Below are positions 1-13,352 of a DNA stretch of 64,000 bases, piece by piece. How positions within the stretch are numbered: the stretch's first letter is position 1; every line of letters starts with the position of its first letter. Origin of the DNA: Chrysomallon squamiferum (lineage: Eukaryota; Animalia; Mollusca); assembly GCA_012295275.1 (NCBI GenBank), contig CM022675.1:12338001-12402000 (forward strand). The letters are read 5' to 3'. Made by a program: the position numbers and the translations under genes. The notes under the pieces were generated by a model. It saw only the letters and a list, made by a program, of their open reading frames with translations. It did not search any database and had not been told where the DNA came from.

Positions 1-81
1 CTATAAACAGTTTATTATTTCTTCTTTAAGACAGAGCAAAGTCTTTACATACCGAGTCAGTGTCGTTCCCAGGGCAAGTGT

Positions 82-451
82 TTATCCGCTCAACACACGG
101 AGTTCATAGTGAACCACTGGTTCATATTTTCTTTCCAGTTTGTCTTACTGAAGTAATATATAAGTAATTTTACATTATTTTCGAGTGTCAATAATAATTT
201 TCCCCCGCATTTCTTATTTGAGAGCTATTTTGACTTTCAGTTGTGATTCTAATGCTGAATTATTAATGTGTTGGTTTTATCTGTCTCTTTGGAGCTGTGA
301 TATGTTCTCACCTGTATTCAGCAGGCAGTCGAAGCCGCCTGTGCTGTTTGGACAGACACACGTACCATTGTCACACGTACCCCCGCTCAGACAGTCCTGT
401 CCATAGCGCCCACAATCAAAATATTTCTTATCTGAAATAAAAATAATCAAA

Positions 452-482
<31 letters not shown>

Positions 483-1129
483 ATATAGCTTTGGAGGTAT
501 CGTCGTTATTGTAGTACTAGTTGTTGTTGTGATGGTGGTTTTTAGTAGCATTGGAAATAATAGTAATAGTAGTAGAGGTAGCAGTATTCAATAGAAATAG
601 TAGTAAAAGGAACAGCAGCAGCAGTAATGTATGTTTTCGTTGTCGTCGCTGCAGTGGTAGTCGTCACAGCTGTGGATAAAGCGCACTAAATTTATAGAAG
701 TACAAATAGGTTTCTTGCTAGGTATTAAAATATTACTTATTAATTTTGTCGATTTAGGATTCATTTGACGATTACATTTTCAGTTAAATGAAACAGCCTC
801 AATTTATTTGAATTTCCACATCTCAAATCAGGAATAGAAACAACATGTACGCCTTCCCCTGCTGTTTTATTTCCAGAGTTTGTCCAGGTTTGTTTAGTCA
901 TGGTATATATGTCAGTTATAAAAGCATTTGTAGTTTTATTTTAAAATACATTAGCTATGGAACTCTGTTGTAATTCTGACGTCTGTTCTCTGACTGGAAG
1001 CAATAAACCATCTTGTTCTGTCACTTTACTGTTTTACGCTTTAATGCAATCTTGATACTCACCATAAGATATGGCATCTGCACTTGTGAATGCTAAAAAC
1101 AAAGTCAGCAGCCAGCAGTTGATTCTCAT
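82..1129 (-). CDS. EGF-like domain secreted protein, short or degenerate paralog of the neighbouring EGF-ZP gene (possible pseudogene)
   Basis: Exon 1129-1063 encodes the signal peptide MRINCWLLTLFLAFTSADAISY (donor GTGAGT, phase 1). Exon 431-312 encodes an EGF domain DKKYFDCGRYGQDCLSGGTCDNGTCVCPNSTGGFDCLLNT, matching exon 2 of the gene at 10931. A tentative third exon 143-82 encodes DKLERKYEPVVHYELRVLSG*. The 3' end is uncertain and may run off the window. Confidence 0.7.
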
Positions 1130-1452
1130 TTTGCTCTCGTCTACTGAAATGTTAATCCTAGTACGTACAGATTTTTGAACAGCAAAACAATAAACTATAC
1201 GAAACTAACAAGTATGATGTTTTTGTTTTCTATATAGTTGACTTTGTCTTTGTTGTTTTGTGTTCAAGGCAAAGTTGACAGACTGAATCGACAGTTGGCT
1301 GTATGAAACACGTGAACGTCTGATGTCTGTCGCTTTCTCCCCACGTCGACCTTGAAAGACTTTTCAGACGAAACGACGTGTTTCAGTGACAGTCTCAGGA
1401 CGCGTTCGATATCTTCCTTGCAGAATGACTGTGAACTTGTTTAACCTTGTAT

Positions 1453-1735
1453 CATGGCCTAACTACATTGAGGCAAATGAGGCAAATGCCTCATACCGAA
1501 ATTGGCGATTTTTTTTTAAACAAAATTTTTATTTAAAAAATATAAAATATAAATCTCTATTCCGATAGAAACGATATCCACTGAATGAATTCGTTGATGT
1601 CTACGGTTACCGTCTGAAGTCTGCCGACATCGTTGTGATGAAATTCATAACTGAATTCAAGACATCAGACATCAAACAGGTTAAGACATCAGACTGAGTG
1701 TTTTTGCCTCATTTCAAAAAGAGTCTAGTACGGCC

Positions 1736-1738
<3 letters not shown>
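1453..1738. mobile_element. Putative non-autonomous hAT-like MITE
   Basis: Imperfect terminal inverted repeats CATGGCCTAACTA / TAGTACGGCCAT, with inverted subterminal TGAGGCAAA / TTTGCCTCA motifs. No TSD is recognisable because the right flank is (TA)n. Confidence 0.5.
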
Positions 1739-1783
<45 letters not shown>

Positions 1784-3360
1784 TATTATGTTGTTGTTGT
1801 TTTTTGTTGATGCTGTTTGGATTTTGGTTTTTTTTTTTTTTTTAATTATTTAGTATTTAAAAGACAAGGCTTTTGAGCTGGTGTTTTGACATCAGGTAGT
1901 TGAAATCACCAGCTTGTATATAAACAAATGCCCATTCGCTGAATACGTACCGAGGCAAACTAAAGAACTAATAAAGCTGTTTTTCCTTCTAATAGTTTTA
2001 TCATTCTGTAACATTGAGACCTCTCATAAAAACACATATATTTCTGTAACTTTATATTAAAGAAAATGTTATATATCTCTGTAAACAAATATACCACCCC
2101 CTTTCCTCGTGTTTATTTTACAAAACAATTTGCGATTTTGTTTTCATTCTGACCTCAAAACAAACAGCTGCCGTGTATTTCTTAGAGAAAAATGAATGCG
2201 ACATAATTTGTTCAGTGATTGTTTTCCTTTATATTTATTTATTTATTTACATACTTTAATTAAATGTGTTCGTCAGAATTGGGTGGTGTGTGTTGTTTTC
2301 TAAGAAAACTGAACAGACTGTGTGTATTTCTGAGCCATTAACTGAGTATCAGTGTATTTCCTAATTCAGAAAATTCGCTACAGCGTCCACTTCTTTATAA
2401 CACCGAATCAGCTGAACACGAGCGCTGGCGGTACAGTGAGATGTGACTGCAGTTTTTTCCCGATCTAAACATAGCCTTCTCAACCTTCAGAAAGATTTCA
2501 GAAAAGAAAATACAAACACCAATGGTTTATTCCCCGCAGACATTCAACACAGGATTAAATAACTTTTCAAATCAAGTATCAAGCTGTTTGATCTATTTAT
2601 TTAACAATATGTTTGTTTGCCTACCCCATTTGAGATGGCTAAAGAAGACATAGAACATGATTCTGAAAGAATCTGAAGCCTGAAGTCAAAGGATGTTTTG
2701 TGGAGGGTTGTGAATGGATTCAATGTTGACAAAGATGTCGGGGTGTTACCGCGATAACAGAAAGTTTGAAATAATGATCACTCCCCCAGTCCATAGTCAC
2801 ACTTCTGCCGCCATCTTTCTTTTCTAACGAGTTAAAGAATTGTTTACAGTCAGTAGTATTTAAGTTACAAACAGTATCGGACTTAACTAGTTAATTCCTG
2901 ATCTATGATCATCAATATATCAGAATACACCCGTCAGTTAATTCCCTTCTAGTTTTTGTTTTTGTTGTTGTTTTGTTTTATCTTTCATCTTTGTAGTATA
3001 AATAATTGTCGTGCATCAGAAACTATTATATTAAAGGCAGTTATATCTATAGTTTTGGAGGTTTTAAAAACAAAAGAATAATAATTATACCCGTTTAAAG
3101 AGGTTAATCTTTTTTTCAAGAACATACATATTATTATGAAGACTATACCACTTATTCAGAATAATATAATTATTATTTTGATGAGTATAACTATGTCACA
3201 TCCTTTTTGTGAAATCAAGATCAGCTCAAGACACCGCATGCTCAAAGACTGATCCTTCTTACTATCTGAAAAGTCATTTAGTCTCTTTTTTCCTCATTCA
3301 GTGGCAGTTTATCAAGTATTCAAAAAGTTATGATACCATCTCTTTTCTAGGATGTGGCAA

Positions 3361-3527
<167 letters not shown>

Positions 3528-3680
3528 TGACATAAACTCATTTTCTGTGTCTCTCAGACTAACTGAAAACAGACTGGGAAAAACAAATCATTGTCAGTTA
3601 AACGTTTTATTCAGCGGTGTTTCAGGAAGAGTAGACGTCAGAGAAGGAGAATGTGGTCACGTGTTCTGCACACTGGACAT

Positions 3681-4307
3681 TCAGGGAGATTTCTGAAAGA
3701 TAAAAATATAAAACAAATCAACACACGTTGCTACAGCATAGGACATTTTAAAAAATGGTTTCTCCTTAATACGTCACCTTCTTCGCAATAAGAAATGTAG
3801 TTTATCATGCAGAAATAACAGAATGCTAACTGTCACAATGTACTGTTCAGAATATCTATGTTTACGTAATTATATTTTTCAGAAACAACAAGAAACGATG
3901 TATTTTATTAGCCCGTTCGTAATATGTATCAATATGGATTTTCAGTCAATGACTTTTCGATCATTCAAATAAACTCAAATGTGGCTTCAAATGGAATACA
4001 GAGATATATAATTTATATAATTTATATAATTTATTTACATATGTTATGTGTTTCAGAAGAAAGGAACAATCAAGAACCTTCCTATGCAAAAATTATAGCG
4101 AGAAAACAAAATGGCCAAACATTAAAGAGAATCTCATTTTGGGGTTCCCTGAAGCTTGAACTGTTTGGGGTTCTTCACAAATAAGAAAGAGGTCTGGGTA
4201 ACTTCTGATTTCTTCTTCAGTGGGCTTGTTCGAAGACACATCACCATAATTTTTATTATTATTATTATTGTTTTTGTTGATGATTATTATTATTATTATT
4301 ATTGTTG

Positions 4308-4384
<77 letters not shown>

Positions 4385-4400
4385 GTTATTGTTATTATTA

Positions 4401-4489
<89 letters not shown>

Positions 4490-4492
4490 GTA

Positions 4493-4546
<54 letters not shown>

Positions 4547-5236
4547 GAAATGTTGAAGCTATGTAGACTAAAGTTGCTGCTGGTGAACACTTCTGTGTTT
4601 GTGGGTCTGAAGCTCAAGTTTCATTCGACTCGTAACAGATCCGCCTCATCCAAAGACGCACACATTTACACATGTACTTCGTTCAGAGCAAAGGACACAG
4701 TGACAAGTTTCTTCTAAAATTCTACACACAGACGTTGACATAATTACACAGACGTTGGAAACATGGTTACATTCACTGAACGTGCCTGTCTTTCGAGTCC
4801 ATTCCAATGAGCGCCACCTGTCAGCACGTTTCACTGGCAGAGTTAACATAGCAAAGTTTTATTTATAAATAAAGAGACAGAAACAGTCGTATTCCTCTCA
4901 AGTTAAACTACTGCAGAGGACGTTTCACAAGTTAAAATAAATAAATCTGAAACATACAGAAAACTCACAAGTTGCATCGTGAACGATTTCTGAACAGTCG
5001 CTCCTGGAGTGTCAGCTGATCTTCGTCTTCTCCTCTGAGTACAGTTCTGTAAGAATGAATCGTTTTATCAAGTGTGCAAGAAGAAAATGTCAGATTAGCA
5101 AATAACCACAGAAAGAAATATTAGATTATTAAATAACCTCAGATATTACCCAGATGTGTTTGACATATTGGCTGGAATTGAAAATAAAACAATCGAAAAA
5201 TATGATTTAGAAATAATAATAATAACAATAACAATG

Positions 5237-5291
<55 letters not shown>

Positions 5292-5300
5292 TAACAAATG

Positions 5301-5359
<59 letters not shown>

Positions 5360-7079
5360 TAAGCACAAAGACCGTGAATCAAAGCACAAATGAATAAAGA
5401 GTTGTATCTGTTTTAGAAACAAGTTATCTACTGTTGTATCTGTTTTAGAAACAAGTTATCTACTATTGTGTCTATTTTAGAAACAAGTTATCTACTGTCA
5501 GCAGCTTAGCTAGAGAGATTACTGTTAGTAAACCTGTGTTCTAGCTGAATTTGGAAATAGTTGAATTCTCATATCGATTCTCTTTCGTATCAAACTCATC
5601 TCATAGTGTGAAATAAAAAATTCAACATCTACGCTTTACTCCAGGTCATCTAATAATAAAAAAATATATAAGTGTGGATGTGTTGTTGTTCTGACTTGTC
5701 AGTCTGTATGGTACAACACTGTTGGTTTTCTAGCTAAACAAAGTGGAAATATACACTTGCCAGCTCGCAGTATTTGCTTTTACCCTCAGGACAAACTTTG
5801 ATGATGCACGTCACAGTAACGTCGTCTTTGTTGTTAAATTTAAAAGCATGTAAACTGAAACGCTCAGTGGTCAACGGGCTTATCGTCGGCTTTAACGACA
5901 TCAGTTTGTCAATTCCTTCAGCAGGACAGCTGACAAAGAAATAACAAGATTTGAATTACGAACTTCATAAGTGTCGGAAATGTTATGTTTTCAATGGCTG
6001 TCTGGTTGTTTATGTTATCAATGGCTGTCTGTTATCAATGGCTGTCTGGTTGTTTATGTTTTCAGTGGCTGTCTGGTTGTTTATGTTTTCAATGGCTGTC
6101 TGGTTGTTTATGTTATCAATGGCTGTCTGGTTGTTTATGTTTTCAATGGCTGTCTGGTTGTTTATGTTATCAATGGCTGTCTGGTTGTTTATGTTAGCAA
6201 TGGCTGTCTGGTTGTTTATGTTATCAATGGCTGTCTGGTTGTTTATGTTATCAATGGCTGTCTGGTTGTTTATGTTTTCAATGGCTGTCTGGTTGTTTAT
6301 GTTATCAATGGCTGTCTGGTTGTTTATGTTATCAATGGCTGTCTGGTTGTTTATGTTTTCAATGGCTGTCTTGTGTTATAAATGTTTATTCGACAGTTGA
6401 CGAGGTTACAAAATTATTGCCTCTTACCCGTCTTTTATGATCTCCACTGTTTCTTTGTCGCCTGCTACTCCGCCATTGTCTGCGACACAACTTTCGACCC
6501 TCAGTGCTTCGTAACCACCGTTATCTGTGTATTAACCATTAGTATTAGTATTAGTGTATTAGTGCTTCGTAACCACCGTTATCTGTGTATTAACCAAAAC
6601 TAAAATTAAACCAACAAATCTTACACATGAAGTTTATTTACAGATAAGATAATATAAACCAAGGTTTTTAATCAACTTAATGTGAAGTTGGCCAGTAGCA
6701 TTACTGACAAGTGTTCATCACTTCTTCGCGTGTAAATGCTTTAAAGAAACGTCCCAGTTCGTCAGTGTCTAATGATGCTTATTATGTAAAACAGAAACTG
6801 ATGAAGAGAAAACAATTATTACCTAGTGTGTCGGCAGTAAAGACTAATTCAAGTTCTTCACTTAATGACACAGGATTTGATACTTCCTTTCCATCTTTAA
6901 GGTTAACTTCGAAATGTATGTGACTCTCGTCGATAATCGGTACATTGTCAATATTCTGTTTTAGAATTTGACTGAAATGTAACAAACATAATTAGTACTT
7001 AGTCAAAACAGTTTAGACCATGAAAGAATGAAACATAAATTTTTTTTAAATATTTTGTTATCGGTACCGATATGACAAA

Positions 7080-7135
<56 letters not shown>

Positions 7136-9055
7136 ATTTTTTAATGCTCCCGTCGTATATTTCATAGCCATGAGAATTGTTATTAAATGATTGCGCGTGA
7201 TAATCAGAAATACATTTTACAGTCAGTAACTACAATTACTGAATGTTTTCAGTTCAGTAACACTGCCAAGAACTCACCTGTCGGAAGAATTCACGGTGTA
7301 CAAACTGTCAACATCGACCGTGTTAGTTCCCTCCGCGCAGGTAGCCACCAGTCTGATGTCCAGATTCGTCATGAATTTCTCGTTGAATTGAATAATTATC
7401 GGCAAAGTCCTTACACCGTCCTAACAAACAAAAATATTATAGTTTTACTTCTGAGACAGTTTGTCGTGTGTGATTACTTACTGCGTCTCTCAAAGTATTG
7501 CCTTTGCAGTCCGAGGAAACGTTTGTGTGGATTAAACACCCAAAATGAATTGTTAAAATTAGACATCCATTCATTAGTGTATACATATATACGTAAACAT
7601 ATATGCACACAAATATATAGATATACATACATGCATACATACATACATACATACTTACATACCTCCATCCAACCATCCATCCATTCATACATACATGTTT
7701 CTACATACATTCAAGCATATGTACAGATACATGCATACAAACATATATATAGACACATAAATAAAAAAAAACCTACACACATACAATCGCATATACATAC
7801 ATACATACTTATGCATACGTATGCAAACAAAATTATATATTTATTTTTTTCGCATGTAAACACACACACGCACACACACACAGACACACATACACACAGT
7901 TACATATCTTTATAAAGTATATTTCTAAATATCTGTTGAACAGAACGGCAAGTGCTCAGATTTTGTTAGCAGCAGGCTATGTTACACTGCAGTCCAGCCA
8001 GGAGAGAATGTTTCGTGTTAATGTTAGCTGTGATCTTTACATCTTTACCAACCTTCTCTGTCAGACCGCACGATCCAGCGGCGACAGCTAGCTTACTCTG
8101 AGAAAATGTGCATTCTTCCTCACCCATCTTCTTCTCAACATACATCACACCTTGGAATTCTCCAACAGGTTTTAAAGTTAAAGTCATTGTACCATCGCAT
8201 GAAAGCTCATCTGAAAATGTATTACCACTCCGTATTATTTCTGTGTGTGGCTGTTTGTGTGTTTCTGTTAGCAGTACACAATCCATTCTGTTCTTTTTAT
8301 TAACATATGCATTCTATTTATATGCAAATAGTACATAATTTCAGTAAATAAAACCATGATAACTACAGCTTTGCTACATAAAAATGCCTAATATCAACAA
8401 AGCTGACAACTGCAGTAATACAAAGTTTGATAACTATAATAAATATTCAGAGGGAATCCTTGGTAACTGAAAACATAACTTACATACTTTGTTCTCACAA
8501 GCGACGCCATAGAGATATGGAGGACAGTAACACAGAACTACGTTATCGGATGCGTAACACATTCCTTCAGAACCACACGTAGGACAAGGAACCCTAACAC
8601 CTTTTAAAAAAGTAATTAAGATTATAATTCCAGGACAATAAGATCATTTGGATCGGTAAATGACAGCATATAAGTAAAAGTTGTGAAAGTGTAAATAAAT
8701 AAATACATTTAATTCTCGATTATTGAAATAAGTACATTATGTGACATGCTGTTATTTTGCAGTTGTTGAAAAAATGAAACTTACAGCTAGTGACAACACA
8801 AATAAAAAAAAAGAATACTAATAAATAATAAGAACAAGAACAAGAATAATAACAACAACGACAACAACAACAACAGCAGCAACAACAAGAATAATAATAA
8901 TAATAACAGTAACATTAACAATAATAATAGTGCAATAATAATAATAATAACAATAACAATAATATAACAACAACAACAATAATGCAATAATAATAACAAT
9001 AATATAATAATAACATAATAATAACAATAAAATAACAACAACAATAATAATGCAA

Positions 9056-9086
<31 letters not shown>

Positions 9087-9446
9087 ATAATAATTACAAT
9101 AAAATAACAACAATAATGCAATAATAATAACAATAATATAACAACAACAACAATAATAATAACAGAAATATAGAGACATGTTGATGGTTTGTGACGTGAT
9201 CTTTAACGTAGACATTACTACGAGGCGCACTGTATTTAAGACAGTAAGAACTGTACTCACTGGTTTTCATCCTGCAGTCAAATCCTTCATAGCCTGAGTC
9301 ACAGAGGCACGTTCCATTTTCCTGACACTGTTCACGAGCTCTGCACGACTGTCCGTTCCGCCGACAGTTAAAATAATCTTAAATACGTCAAACATAAAAC
9401 AGTTTATATAACATGAAACGTGTCTGTCTGTTATTACATACGTACA

Positions 9447-9495
<49 letters not shown>

Positions 9496-10931
9496 TTCAT
9501 CATTCTCACCATCATCGTAAAGATCATCAGAATAAATGAATGAATGTTTAACGGCACTCCAACAAACAAACAAAACAAACAAAAACCCCCCAAAAAACCA
9601 AACATATCGGCTGTTAGGTGTCGAACACGTACTGAACAACTGAAGAAACGAAATACCAGAACTGTTTAAACGTAATACTGTATTATTCAATAACTTGCAA
9701 GTCCTAAAACTTTCTATCTTCAAATCCTAAACGTTTCTGTATTACTTTTGCTATTATTTTGCCACCAAGTATGTTATACAAGATATCTGTTTGCGGTTGG
9801 CGCATTCAAGAAGTGTATGATACTCTCTGTCTGTGTTGTAACGCCTTATCGTGACTTCATGCTGATTAAAGTTATAAACATTTTTGAAAGGTCAGATTTA
9901 AATGCTGTCAGTTGTGTGCTAATTGTCATTCACGTGCTCGGTGAACGATCTGTGGTGCTGTTTTACCAAAGTTAGACTGATTGATACGAAATGAAAGTCG
10001 GTTCCATAAAAAATGACCATGTGCAGAAAAACCCTATCATCATAAATAATTTAAAAAAAAAAAGAGTTTATGTGTATAAAAAATAGCTATTACTGTTATA
10101 ATTTTCTGAAAAGATGGTATTTGAATAGACATTCGATTTCATTTTGAGAAGTAATCTGATCAAGAAACAGGCAAAACAGATCTGGTTAGTGGTCCGCATT
10201 TTACACCATGCTCTCCCACGTCACTGGCTGGTAAGAGACTTAATTATTATTATTTAGTGTAGATGTTAAAAAACAAAATAAAAATAAAAATAAAATAATA
10301 TAAGAGCAAAAAAATCAAAAAGTTATCATCTTGAATTTTCATAAGCAAACATTTGAAGACTTTATTCAAAATAAAAATAATTCCTTCTTTTAGCACAAAC
10401 TCTACTTTCGGCGATGGAAAAATATTACGCAGTCTGCACATCATTTACTTTACTACTGAACTGTAACAACGTGCTTGTGTCGCAGTCTGCACATCATTTA
10501 CTTTACTGCTGGACTGTAACAATGTGCTTGTGTCGCAGTCTGCACATCATTTACTTTACTACTGGACTGTAACAACGTGCTTGTGTCGCAATCTGCACAT
10601 CATTTACTTTACTACTGGACTGTAACAATGTGCTTATGTCGCAATCGGAGATCATCCTCACACCTTTTCATTTGAATAATTTAATTATCGAAACACTGAA
10701 TGTCAGAAAAACAAAAATTAAAAACAATAAATAAATAAATAAAATATTTCTGATGCAAAATTAGTATGAAAAAAATTAATAACAATAGTAGTAGTAGTAG
10801 TAGTAAATAAATTAATAAATAAATAACAAAAACAGATAAAAGCAGGTAAAGAATTTTTGACACTCACCGCTATCAGCAGCTGCAAACGTTACAGCTAACA
10901 GGACAATTCCCAGACAACAAATGATCTTCAT
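3681..10931 (-). CDS. EGF-like and zona pellucida (ZP) domain-containing secreted protein (molluscan EGF-like/ZP shell-matrix protein family), about 367 aa
   Basis: Exons: 10931-10868 (signal MKIICCLGIVLLAVTFAAADS), 9377-9261 (EGF1, YFNCRRNGQSC..CLCDSGYEGFDC), 8600-8484 (EGF2, CPTCGSEGMCY..CYCPPYLYGVAC), 8210-8053 and 7420-7278 (ZP-N), 6971-6823, 6524-6428, 5929-5761 (ZP-C, GCP..FSLHAFKF..VTCIIKVC), 5046-4969 (furin-type RRRRR site), and a tentative last exon 3692-3681 (KSP*) with AATAAA at 3611-3606. All intron phases are compatible. Confidence 0.88.
4252..4546. repeat. (TTA)n microsatellite
   Basis: Long trinucleotide run with occasional TTG; it gives the poly-I, poly-Y and poly-L ORFs. 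Confidence 0.95.
5212..5360. repeat. (AAT)n microsatellite
   Basis: Directly visible trinucleotide run. Confidence 0.95.
5401..5496. repeat. 32-bp tandem repeat x3
   Basis: Unit GTTGTATCTGTTTTAGAAACAAGTTATCTACT at 5401, 5433 and 5465. Confidence 0.9.
5981..6370. repeat. 27-bp intronic minisatellite, about 14 copies
   Basis: Unit CAATGGCTGTCTGGTTGTTTATGTTWT, between ZP exons 7 and 8. Confidence 0.95.
10428..10646. repeat. 53-bp intronic minisatellite x4
   Basis: Unit CGCAGTCTGCACATCATTTACTTTACTACTGGACTGTAACAAYGTGCTTGTGT. Confidence 0.92.
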
Positions 10932-11425
10932 CTTTGTTGCTAAATGTGTTTCTTCTCTTCCACAAAGATATGCATCAAACGATCTGGCTTCGTTAAATAC
11001 TCTTAGAAGTACGCCTGCAGATTTGACACTAACCTTAGTGTCATTCAAATGTCAAAGTCCTAAGCATACTTCCATATTTTATTTCAGTTTTAATATCAGA
11101 GTTTGATATTCAAGGTGAGCAAAAGTAAAATTAACCAAATGGAATCGACAGTCTGCTGTATGAAACTTCGATGTCGCTGTCACTCGACAAGAGCCTTGAG
11201 CAGTTGATGTGTTAAAGCACCATCTTATTCCGGTGGTGAATATATTGATCAACAAACACAGTAGCAGCTTTTCACAGTTTTTTTAGTGTCAGTATTCTGA
11301 CATTTTGCTAATGTGTTGTTGTTTTTTGTTTGTTTTTAAAAGATTATTATTATTATTATTGTTATCATCATCTTCATCGTTGTCATCATCATCGTCGTCA
11401 TTATTTTACTAAACAAATTTCTACT

Positions 11426-12213
11426 GGTGTACAGATAACTGCTCACCGGACAGTTGCTCACCGATAAGTGAAAATAGGACAATTGCTCACCAATAAGTGA
11501 AAACAGGACAATTGCTCACCAATAAGTGAAAACAGGACAATTGCTCACGAAACCTGCTGATTTTTTATTTTATTTTATGGTATATGAGTACAAATGGTTA
11601 GGTGCGAGTGTGAATCTCTGATTAATAAATAAATAAATAAGATGAATTCTAAATCAGCTATATTTCCAAATCTTTCTTAAAGTTTTGATGTTCAGTGTGT
11701 TAAGTCTTGCAGAGTAATGACAAAAATTAACTAATTACTAAAACCAATGCGTAATTTTAAAAGTTGATCTATCTAAACCAACAATAATGTCTGAGTAGTT
11801 TCCTAAAATTATATTGTAATTAGTATTTAACACCTGTACCTGAATCACATTACATGCCTTTAATGTTCATAATCATAGTCAGAAGTCTCCTTAAACAAGT
11901 ATTGGAGGTACTGTCCAGTGAGGTACTGACTAACTGAGATACTGAGGTTTGTGTAGTGAGGTACTGTCCAGAGAGGAACTTTCCAGTGAGGTACTCTCCA
12001 ATGAGATACTGACTAACTGAGATACTGAGGTATTGTGTAGCGAGGTACTGTCCAGAGAGGAACTTTCCAGTGAGATACTGACTAACTGAGATATTGAGGT
12101 ATTGTGTAGTGAGGTACTGTCCAGAGAGGAACTTTCCAGTGAGATACTGACTAACTGAGATACTGAGGTGTTGTTTAGTGAGGTACTGTCCAGTGAGGTA
12201 TTGTCCTACATTC
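11426..12213. mobile_element. Non-autonomous Mutator/Foldback-like DNA element with 9-bp TSD
   Basis: Flanked by the direct repeat ATTTCTACT (11417-11425 and 12214-12222). Degenerate TIRs (GGTGTACAGATAACTGCTCAC vs GAATGTAGGACAATACCTCAC). The left arm has 29-bp repeats containing GGACAATTGCTCAC; the right arm has inverted modular repeats containing GTGAGGTACTGTCC. Confidence 0.72.
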
Positions 12214-13352
12214 ATTTCTACTGTGAATGTTTATGGTTTAAATCGGATATATTTGTCTTTCCAGATTTCCCCGATTATTGTTTTTATTTACATCTATTTT
12301 AATTACATACTGGGACGAAAATAAGATAGATGGTTTCTCCACTCTTTAGAGTGTGTGTGTGTGTGTGTGTTTTGTGTGTTTTTTTTTTTTTTTTTTTTTT
12401 TAATGTTTTTTCTCCCCTTGTTTGTGCGAATCATCTGTTTCCGATGGACATGATGTGTTCTAAATGTTCTTATTTCCTGTAGTTATTATTATAGAATCTT
12501 TGATTATTTTATTACCACCCACCCCAGTGTATGTGCGATGTATCGTTACTATTCGAAAAACAATATAATTGTTTTTTAAAAAAAGCAATGCAAATAAATA
12601 CACGAAGAAACCGCATTTCAGGCGGAACCTAACTGAACTAGTTACTGATAAACAATCAACAGGTAAGGATTGCGACACCTGCTATTTAAGGAACGTATAT
12701 CTTTACTTTTTGTAAGACGACATAGTTACCATCTTATACAGAACCTGAGAATGAAAAATATAGAGAAAGAATTTGTTATCTAAAAATATTGTTTACTGAC
12801 AGTCCATTAAGTTAATTATTGATCGGAGATTTATTGTCTGATATGTTTCCGTGAATGTCAGTTGTCGTTAGCATCTCGTATGACTTAAAAAAAATGTATC
12901 TTATATTTTATAGAATTCTCATAGAATTAGAAATATTTTTCGTGTTTTTGTTGTTCGGTTTTTGTCGTTCTTTTTATATATATATATTTTAATGCATTTT
13001 GTTTAATGTTCATCTGCAATGTATGTAAATACATTTTATTATTAATCTTGTTAAAACGAAATTACTAGACATGCGATTATTAAATATTATAACGTTTGCG
13101 TGATATTCTGCATTATTATAGCTTCAATTATTTCATTTTATTCTTAAGCGAGTCTTATGACTGTTTTTTTTTTTTTTCTTTTGCATTTCACATAACTGCA
13201 TACACATACACACACGAACACAAATATAAACATGCACACTGAGACACACATTCACACAAATGCACTAAGGTTGTTTTGAGAAATATTTTATAAATATTAT
13301 CAATTTTAAATCAGATCAAATATCTATGAAATTTTCAGATTAGTAGTGAGTT

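Noticed and set aside
60-147. Frame VRQTGKKI*TSGSL*TPC.. with two TGA codons, suggesting selenocysteine in an EGF2 exon
   Set aside because: The Cys spacing does not fit EGF2, no SECIS is visible, and another frame resembles the ZP linker exon better.
4665-4720. Alternative last exon KKLVTVSFALNEVHV* for the ZP gene
   Set aside because: Phase-compatible, but the acceptor is weaker and I saw no nearby poly(A) signal. Exon 3692-3681 is preferred, though not proven.
5951-6400. Repetitive hydrophobic ORFs and a CRISPR-like periodic array
   Set aside because: Head-to-tail 27-bp minisatellite with no unique spacers, inside a eukaryotic intron.
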